Shown: positions 1 to 6,841 of the stretch, in pieces
How the letters are laid out: each line of letters starts with the position of its first letter
Position numbering within the stretch: the stretch's first letter is position 1
Assembly (NCBI GenBank): GCA_965649215.1
Contig: CBFGJZ010000004.1
Coordinates: forward strand, 16,538 to 72,964
DNA from: a candidate division WOR-3 bacterium
Lineage (GTDB): Bacteria; Hydrothermota; Tepidihabitantia; Tepidihabitantales; CAIPLT01
Reading direction: 5' to 3'
Length of the DNA stretch: 56,427 nt
Position numbers and translations under genes: made by a program
Notes under the pieces: generated by a model
What the model was told of the DNA's origin: nothing
The model's database searches: none
Seen by the model: the letters and a program-made list of their open reading frames with translations, nothing else

Positions 1-2
1 CG

Positions 3-692
3 AAAAAAGATTGGGAAATCTTGATAAAAGCACACTGGTATCGAATACCCATGAAAACTGCACCTAAAATTCTTCCCAAAGCCCGCTATATTGCATTTTA
101 TCAAACTAAAATATTTAGTGACCAAAAATATTCCGTTAATTATTTTGCTTTAATAAAAAAACTTGAGGTAGTAAGACGAATAGACTTACTGCCCGATGAA
201 ATAAACCACGAACGAGCTTATGATAAATATTATAAGATAACAATCGATCAAATCCAAGAACTGCCAAAACCGATACCGAGTTTACGGTGGCGTCGTCTCA
301 CTTTCATACCGACTACTCTCTCGCGATTAATGACCGCTACGGAAATCAATGACTTATGGTGCACAAGTTATATTGAAGATCAATTATATCTTGCTTTAAA
401 AAAAGATAATATTCAGCCGGAAAGACAATATTATGTTTATGAGACGGAACAACCTTATTGCTTAGATCTGGCAATATTTTGCCAAGATGGCAAATTAGAT
501 ATTGAATGTGATGGTACCAAATACCATTCTGATCTTAAAACAATCAGTAAAGATCGCCAACGCAACAATGATTTAACAACTGAAGGTTGGTCAATTCTAC
601 GATTTTCTGGTAAAGAAATTAATCAGAATCTCAAAACTTGTCTTAAACAAATAAAAAAGACGATCAAACGACTAAACGGTCTTACTGTTTAA
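3..692 (+). CDS. DUF559/Vsr-like endonuclease-domain protein (restriction-endonuclease-like fold) with uncharacterised N-terminal domain; 5' partial
   Basis: The frame is open from nt 3 up to the TTG at 21 (..KKDWEIL then IKAHWY), so the gene probably begins left of the window. The C-terminal ~90 aa show the DUF559 pattern CLDLAIFCQDGKLDIECDGTKYH..KDRQRNNDLTTEGWSILRF. Confidence 0.6.
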   Translation, partial: KKDWEILIKAHWYRIPMKTAPKILPKARYIAFYQTKIFSDQKYSVNYFALIKKLEVVRRIDLLPDEINHERAYDKYYKITIDQIQELPKPIPSLRWRRLTFIPTTLSRLMTATEINDLWCTSYIEDQLYLALKKDNIQPERQYYVYETEQPYCLDLAIFCQDGKLDIECDGTKYHSDLKTISKDRQRNNDLTTEGWSILRFSGKEINQNLKTCLKQIKKTIKRLNGLTV

Positions 693-1806
693 CAAACTTA
701 TATTTATACATTATTTTTTTATTTTCTACTAAACCAAAATAAATACCATTCGACAGGTTTTGATTATTGTTATCCTTACCATCCCAAACAACCAAATCCC
801 GACCCAATAAATATTGCCGCAATTTACCCATCGCATCAAAAATCTTAACAGAAAACTCACCGTCGCATGTAAAAGTTAACAAATTAGAGACAAAATATAA
901 AACTGACTCTCTGGCACCATTTATTTTTAGTCGTGAGATCTCCTCAATATCTGTAGGTCGTTTCCTGGTCACATAATACATCAAATAAATGCTATCTTTG
1001 TAGACAATCGCTGGGTCTTTAACATATAAATATTCTAAATAATTTGTCGAATCATATGTTAACCGACAGCCACTTTCCAATGTCCAATTATTACCATTTG
1101 AAGAAAAAATTGAATAAATATTACGATTAGTATAGTTATTACTGAAACAATAGAAACGATAACCGCCACTAACTAAGCATATGCCGTTTGCCATCATCAG
1201 ATTATTAACATTGAAATTCGGCAGTTGCCAAAAATTTAACCCATCGATTGATTGAGCATGCCAATTATAACCGCCTTGACATCCGCCTGCAAAATATTGC
1301 AGTGTATCATTAGTCCATAATAACGAAGGATCTAATACTGATTGGCCAGAAATTTCAAAACGGACACCACTTTCTCGAATAAAATTAATACCATCTAACG
1401 ATATCGCGGAATAAGTTTCGGGGTGACCATCGTTAATTGAATCAGCAGTAAAATAAAGTCGAAAAGTATCACCAAACATAACCACATCAGGATCACACGG
1501 CTTACCAGGCCAATTTGTATTAGGTATCTGCACTTGATAATGTTGCCAATTATCAATCCCATTGTTAGAAATAGCGACTTTTATCCCATCAATCCAAGGG
1601 GTAATTAGCCCTTGATAATAAACATATACTGCGCCATCACTTCCAATCACGGCATCCGGAACATCTGCGGAATCACAAAAAATGGTATTTAACTTTTGAA
1701 AGTTTATCCCATCGGATGAAGTGGCAATTAAAATTCGGTGCTGTAGGGGTTGGCTGCCTAAAAGACTTATCTTGAAAATGATAATAATTAATAATTTTCG
1801 TATCAT
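682..1806 (-). CDS. Secreted beta-propeller (glycosidase/BNR-like) protein with T9SS C-terminal sorting domain
   Basis: Signal peptide MIRKLLIIIIFKISLLGS. Repeated blade-like segments (SSDGINF, SNNGIDNW, SLDGINF, SIDGLNF, SSNGNNW). The C-terminal tail ..VVWDGKDNNNQNLSNGIYFGLVENKK..KFVKQ is typical of Por/T9SS type-A CTDs. Confidence 0.55.
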   Translation of the reverse strand: MIRKLLIIIIFKISLLGSQPLQHRILIATSSDGINFQKLNTIFCDSADVPDAVIGSDGAVYVYYQGLITPWIDGIKVAISNNGIDNWQHYQVQIPNTNWPGKPCDPDVVMFGDTFRLYFTADSINDGHPETYSAISLDGINFIRESGVRFEISGQSVLDPSLLWTNDTLQYFAGGCQGGYNWHAQSIDGLNFWQLPNFNVNNLMMANGICLVSGGYRFYCFSNNYTNRNIYSIFSSNGNNWTLESGCRLTYDSTNYLEYLYVKDPAIVYKDSIYLMYYVTRKRPTDIEEISRLKINGARESVLYFVSNLLTFTCDGEFSVKIFDAMGKLRQYLLGRDLVVWDGKDNNNQNLSNGIYFGLVENKKIMYKYKFVKQ

Positions 1807-1810
1807 ATGA

Positions 1811-3070
1811 TTAATATATAATTAACTTTTTATTCACTTTACAAGTCTCGGATATTAATTTAAGAAAATAAATTCCTGTCGGAACTTTTTCATTTAAATA
1901 ATCTTTGCCATCCCAAAAAACTTCGTTAATTCCATTTAATTTTCGAATCTCTTTTCCTGTAATGTTATAGATTACGACCTTGAAACTCCCTGGTAATTTA
2001 ATTTGCGTGAATGAGCGCATGGGATTGGGCCGAATAAAAAAATCAATACTTGTTCTATCTTCCTGTTCAAGAATATTTAGTGGTGCAGTTGCATAACAAA
2101 ATCCGGCCGCACTTTCATACCACATCCGATAATTATAACCATCATAAACAACACTCGGAGCCCATGGTCCATTTGTATCAACTGCGGGATTATATGGTGG
2201 TGTAAGCGTTGAAAGTACTGGATTATTACTATATTTGTCCCAATTTATCCCATCGGTAGAAGTTGCATAGCCAATTCGAATCGTATCATATCGTCCATCT
2301 ACCAAATCTGCTTCAGACAATGCTGAATACCACATTTCATAAAGATCTCCTCTTTTTATCACCGTTGGGACACCAACCCAATAATCATCAAAGCTACCTG
2401 ATAAACCACTACCTACTACCGGATTATTTGTATATTTGGTCCAGACCAATCCATTAGCAGAGGTAGCATAACCAATTTTGATACGCCAATCAAAACCAAC
2501 TCCAGTATACCACATTTTATAAACTCCATTATCATAAATAACCGCAGGTGACTCAATCCATTTTGCTTCCCAGGATAAACTATCACCTTTAGTTAAAATG
2601 GGATTCCCTGGGTATTTAGTCCAGTTTATACCGTTATTTGACAAAGCAACACCAATTGCTCCAATGTGAGGTGGAAAAGTATCCACATCGTCACCAAAAT
2701 AATAAAGTTTATAATCATTGGCGGTACGAACTATTGCTGGAGTATCTAACCATTTAGAATCCCACTCGCCCGCACTGCCAATATTAAGCACAAATCCACC
2801 ATTTTGATATTTATGCCAATTTATACCATTCAGTGAATAGGCATATAAAATACGACTTCGATGATCAATTCCGGCTGCACAATACCACATCTTAAAAGTA
2901 TCGTTTTCTAATATTACACTAGGTTGACCAATCGCATAAAATTCAGTCAAAATATTAGTTTTTGTCATCACGGGATTATTTACATATTTAGACCAATTGG
3001 TTTGGCTATAGAGGTTCGCTATCACTGACATTAAAAGAAATATTCGCTGCCCCATGCAATAACATAGCAA
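1811..3070 (-). CDS. Five-bladed beta-propeller glycosidase-like protein (GH130/GH43-like repeats) with T9SS C-terminal sorting domain
   Basis: Five repeats of the form INW.KY..NPV..(20-30 aa)..W...P.V.....YKMWY (e.g. INWTKYPGNPILTKGDSLSWEAKWIESPAVIYDNGVYKMWYTG). CTD tail VFWDGKDYLNEKVPTGIYFLKLISE..KLIIY. Confidence 0.55.
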   Translation of the reverse strand: MLCYCMGQRIFLLMSVIANLYSQTNWSKYVNNPVMTKTNILTEFYAIGQPSVILENDTFKMWYCAAGIDHRSRILYAYSLNGINWHKYQNGGFVLNIGSAGEWDSKWLDTPAIVRTANDYKLYYFGDDVDTFPPHIGAIGVALSNNGINWTKYPGNPILTKGDSLSWEAKWIESPAVIYDNGVYKMWYTGVGFDWRIKIGYATSANGLVWTKYTNNPVVGSGLSGSFDDYWVGVPTVIKRGDLYEMWYSALSEADLVDGRYDTIRIGYATSTDGINWDKYSNNPVLSTLTPPYNPAVDTNGPWAPSVVYDGYNYRMWYESAAGFCYATAPLNILEQEDRTSIDFFIRPNPMRSFTQIKLPGSFKVVIYNITGKEIRKLNGINEVFWDGKDYLNEKVPTGIYFLKLISETCKVNKKLIIY

Positions 3071-3105
3071 ATTATTTCAACTCGTCAAGAGGATGTGTAA
3101 AATAA

Positions 3106-3133
3106 TTGACATATCAATAATAAAATATATAAT
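3106..3133 (+). promoter_or_regulatory. Sigma70-type promoter for the 3155-8941 operon
   Basis: TTGACA (3106-3111), 16-nt spacer, TATAAT (3128-3133), 21 nt upstream of the ATG at 3155. No obvious Shine-Dalgarno sequence in between. Confidence 0.5.
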
Positions 3134-3154
3134 ATAAGATTAAGCCATTAAAAT

Positions 3155-3994
3155 ATGCTAAATACTGATTTACCACTATTAATTAGTCAGTTAACAAAAA
3201 TAAAAAAGAAATTTGATGCTCTTCATCAACTCACAACTGAATATTTAAGTACTCAACCTTATGAAGCTCAAGAAAAAATTGAAGATCTAAACAAAGAATT
3301 AAATTCATCTTTGTTCATTAATCTATTAGGAGCAACAAACCTTTATCAAGAACTAAAGAGTTTTGTTAATCAAATGCAACAAAAGATAAATGCTGCAAAG
3401 GATGAATTTCACTTCAATTTAGGCCGAGAACTCAAAGCACAATTGCAAGATTTTGCTGAACTCAAAGGTCAATTACCTTTATTAAAAATCAAATATTATA
3501 CCCTTGAGTTTGATTTCAGTAATGGACAGACCACAATTTGGTGGGGACCCCAAAAAGAAATCATAAAAAAAACCGCCTTAGTAATTACAGAGATTATCCA
3601 GGCCCTTAAGTCAATCGATCAAAATCTTCACAAAAAATGGCGTAATTATCAAGACTTTTTTAGACTTCTTAAGTTGGCTTATGAACGCTATTTAAAATTA
3701 AACAATTTATCATTTGGTGAAAAGATAAATCTATTGGATATATTAACGGAATTCGTCATCTTAATTCAAAGTAAAAGTTTTAAAACAGACCCTTCAAAAA
3801 GTCATTTTCAAGAATATTCTCGAATTCAATACAGTTACGATTTGTATTGTATGAAATCTAATCCAGAACTTATGACAAACATCCAACTCTCGGTTGCAAC
3901 TTTTGCAATTACCGAAGATAAAACAAAATCATTGTGGATTCCCGATAATGAATTGGGTGATGGAACTTATTATCAAACCATTGCTTTTAAATAA
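3155..3994 (+). CDS. Hypothetical protein, first gene of the ATPase-helicase operon (coiled-coil-rich N-terminus, no domain recognised)
   Basis: 279-aa ORF with no overlapping competitor on the same strand, co-directional with and 48 bp upstream of the first ATPase. I recognise no catalytic or TerB-like motifs by eye. Confidence 0.7.
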   Translation: MLNTDLPLLISQLTKIKKKFDALHQLTTEYLSTQPYEAQEKIEDLNKELNSSLFINLLGATNLYQELKSFVNQMQQKINAAKDEFHFNLGRELKAQLQDFAELKGQLPLLKIKYYTLEFDFSNGQTTIWWGPQKEIIKKTALVITEIIQALKSIDQNLHKKWRNYQDFFRLLKLAYERYLKLNNLSFGEKINLLDILTEFVILIQSKSFKTDPSKSHFQEYSRIQYSYDLYCMKSNPELMTNIQLSVATFAITEDKTKSLWIPDNELGDGTYYQTIAFK

Positions 3995-4042
3995 GCTAAA
4001 GGTGTGAATAAAATTTAACTTTTTAATCTACTAACTTAAAAA

Positions 4043-5329
4043 ATGGAAAAAAGCGAAGCGTTATTAATTATCAATAAATTAGGCAGTAGTGGAACCCCAC
4101 CAGAAAGCGGTGTTGAAGCATTTTCAATTGGTTTAGATAAATATCTCAAAGTTATTGAACAAGAATATCTAAATGGTATTTTAAAGCAATACCATCTTTC
4201 TTCATTTAAGATTGTGGTTGGCAATTATGGAGGAGGCAAGACTCATTTTCTATATTCCATTCGCAATCTCGCTTTTAAAAACGGTTATATTGTTGTCTAT
4301 GTAGCCCTAAATCCAACTGAATGTCCCTTTGATAAATTAGAATTAGTCTATAAATCAATTGTCAATAATATTCAAATACCTTCCAGCATCCAAGCCGTCA
4401 CTACGCCACCAATTACTGGTATTGAAGCCTTTATTGAACATTGGTATAACTTAGTTAAAGAAAAAATAAATCACATTGATGCAATTTATGATTATCTTAA
4501 TGTTCTCAAAGGAGTTGAAAGCATCAGTTTTCTCAATGCAGTAAAAGCTGCATTCTATAACATTGCGAGCAACAATTATGAAGAATATCAAAACATTATT
4601 CAATATCTAAAAGGTGAAGAAATCACTAAAGAGCTCAGGGCTCGCTATCGAATATCGGAACGAATTGATAAATCAACTGCGTTTCGAATGATTCGCAGTT
4701 TAATCCAGTGGTTACATTTAATCGGTTATCATGGCATTATCTTTCTCTTTGATGAAGCCGAGCGGGGAATTTCTATGTCAAGTTCTAAAGATAAGCGTAA
4801 AGCACTTGATAATTTGCGTCAAATTGTTGATGAATGTGGTAACAGTCGTCTTCCCGGGGCAATGTTTTTCTATGCCATTCCCGATGAAAACTTATTATTA
4901 GAGGGTTCTGGTGGTGTCTATGAGGCATTGAAACAACGATTACGGAGTGTCTTTTCGCAAGTCAATCCGTTAGGTGTTAAAATTAATTTGGAAGAACTCG
5001 GCATCCCCCCTGCCGATTTCTTAAGACAACTTGGTGAAAAGTTAGTGGCTATATTTGAACTTGCCTATTCTTATAAATTTCCCAACTCTATCGTAGCAGA
5101 ATTAATACCGCATCTCGCAGAACAATCAGCGCAATCTTTTGGTTATGATATTAGTTATCGTCGACTTTTTGTAGTCAGTCTTATCGAAACCTTGCAAAAA
5201 ATTCGCAATGATCCTAATTATTTATCGACAATCGTAAGTTCAGATAAAGAAGTCTTAAAAATCATTAAAACAACAGGAAAACGACTACAAAACGAAACTC
5301 AACAAGAAGTAACCAATAAAGAATTTTAA
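4043..5329 (+). CDS. P-loop NTPase, BrxD/DUF2791-like ATPase, paralogue 1
   Basis: Walker A GNYGGGKT (aa 60-67, nt 4220-4243). Walker B IIFLFDEAE. N-terminal lead-in EALLIINKLGSSGTPPESGVEAFSIG resembles the BrxD/DUF2791 N-terminus as I remember it. Family assignment is from memory and was not searched. Confidence 0.65.
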   Translation: MEKSEALLIINKLGSSGTPPESGVEAFSIGLDKYLKVIEQEYLNGILKQYHLSSFKIVVGNYGGGKTHFLYSIRNLAFKNGYIVVYVALNPTECPFDKLELVYKSIVNNIQIPSSIQAVTTPPITGIEAFIEHWYNLVKEKINHIDAIYDYLNVLKGVESISFLNAVKAAFYNIASNNYEEYQNIIQYLKGEEITKELRARYRISERIDKSTAFRMIRSLIQWLHLIGYHGIIFLFDEAERGISMSSSKDKRKALDNLRQIVDECGNSRLPGAMFFYAIPDENLLLEGSGGVYEALKQRLRSVFSQVNPLGVKINLEELGIPPADFLRQLGEKLVAIFELAYSYKFPNSIVAELIPHLAEQSAQSFGYDISYRRLFVVSLIETLQKIRNDPNYLSTIVSSDKEVLKIIKTTGKRLQNETQQEVTNKEF

Positions 5330-5344
5330 ATACTAAAAAAAGAA

Positions 5345-6742
5345 TTGACTGAACCTAATTACCTAAAAATTTCACATCCTATTTTTGGTAGCGGTGTCTT
5401 ATTATCTACCCGCAAATCATCGATAAATCTTCAAACAGAATGTTTAGTTCGTTTTGATAGTGGTCTCCAATTATGGATTCCTCAACATCGTCTCCAAGGA
5501 TTACCTGAAGAATCTCAAGACATGGTGTTTGAAGATGGTATCATTTTAAAGGGAGAAGCATTAAAACTAAAAGCGCATCGTATGATTGAAGCCTTTCGTT
5601 TAGGGATTGTCCCGACTCAAGATGTCAGTGATTTTACTTTTGGTCGTGAACGAGAAACCAATATCATCGCGAACGCATTAACAAGCTTAAGCGAAGGCAA
5701 AGGTGGCTCAATGATTATTGAAGGTGAATATGGCACGGGTAAGTCACATCTTTTGGAGTATATTCGTGCTATAGCGCTAAAAAAGAATTTTGTTGTTAGT
5801 TCAGTTGCGTTATCAACCCAAGAAACAATCCCATCCCGTCCTAAACTGGTCTATCGAGAATTACTAACTAATTTACGATTTTACCCACAATTACCTCAAA
5901 CCAATCAAAACACACCAGAACTTGGTTTTCGAGACCTCCTGCGTGCTGCAGCAAAACAATTTCAACCACCCCATTATCTTGGCATTAAAGAGCATATCTT
6001 TTTTGCCCCGGTTCTAAAACGACTTAATAAAATCGATGACCAAAGTCCTAAAGCCGAAGTCTTTTGGCAATGGATTGAAGCAGAAAGTACCAAAGAATAT
6101 GCAGTTGGTAGTACTCATCAAGAAAAATTCGCTTCGCCTTATCGTATTTCTGGTGCATGGCAAATCCCTGCTTTATATGATTTTTCCACCGCAGTTGACT
6201 TTTATTGCTATTTAATCTCGGGTTTATCATATCTATGTCGCAATCTCCATTATCATGGATTAGTAATCTTACTGGACGAAGTTGAAACTATCTCGTTTAT
6301 CTATCAAAATCTTGCCTACGAACGAGGAATTAACTTTTTAGAAGGTCTTATCAAAATGGCACATAATGACCAAACTTTAAAACATATCAATAAAAATATG
6401 ATTCATAATCAAGTGCGACCAACCCCTTATATCTATAAAGACGCCTATGTACTCTTAGTTTTAACAACCACTCCCGAACCTGCGACTTTACGTATCAAAC
6501 ATTTATCGCCAAATATCATTAATTTACAGCCGCTTAATGAACAAAATCTCATTACCTGTTTTGAAAATTTAGTAAGATACTATCAAATTGCTTTCCCGGA
6601 TTTACATCTCTTGAATACAACAAAAGAGAAAATCCTTCATAATGCCTTGCGTTATCGAGACAATGGCATTCGTTTCTTTTTAAAATATTCAGTGGAATGC
6701 TTAGATACTATCAGAATCAATCGGAAATTAGCGGTAAATTAA
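5345..6742 (+). CDS. P-loop NTPase, BrxD/DUF2791-like ATPase, paralogue 2, with ~95-aa N-terminal beta-rich extension
   Basis: Walker A GEYGTGKS. Walker B LVILLDEVE. The core aligns with paralogue 1 (G.YG.GK(T/S)H.L..IR..A.K......VAL.......KLVY). The lead-in AHRMIEAFRLGIVPTQDVSDFTFGRERE is DUF2791-like. TTG start lies 15 nt after the upstream stop. Confidence 0.65.
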   Translation: MTEPNYLKISHPIFGSGVLLSTRKSSINLQTECLVRFDSGLQLWIPQHRLQGLPEESQDMVFEDGIILKGEALKLKAHRMIEAFRLGIVPTQDVSDFTFGRERETNIIANALTSLSEGKGGSMIIEGEYGTGKSHLLEYIRAIALKKNFVVSSVALSTQETIPSRPKLVYRELLTNLRFYPQLPQTNQNTPELGFRDLLRAAAKQFQPPHYLGIKEHIFFAPVLKRLNKIDDQSPKAEVFWQWIEAESTKEYAVGSTHQEKFASPYRISGAWQIPALYDFSTAVDFYCYLISGLSYLCRNLHYHGLVILLDEVETISFIYQNLAYERGINFLEGLIKMAHNDQTLKHINKNMIHNQVRPTPYIYKDAYVLLVLTTTPEPATLRIKHLSPNIINLQPLNEQNLITCFENLVRYYQIAFPDLHLLNTTKEKILHNALRYRDNGIRFFLKYSVECLDTIRINRKLAVN

Positions 6743-6841
6743 CACAATCTAAATTGTCATTTCAATACCAAGAAAGCGCTTATCTCGCCTATATATTTGA
6801 TAATAAGACAAGAGCAATTAATTTCTTAAAGAAACTTTAAT

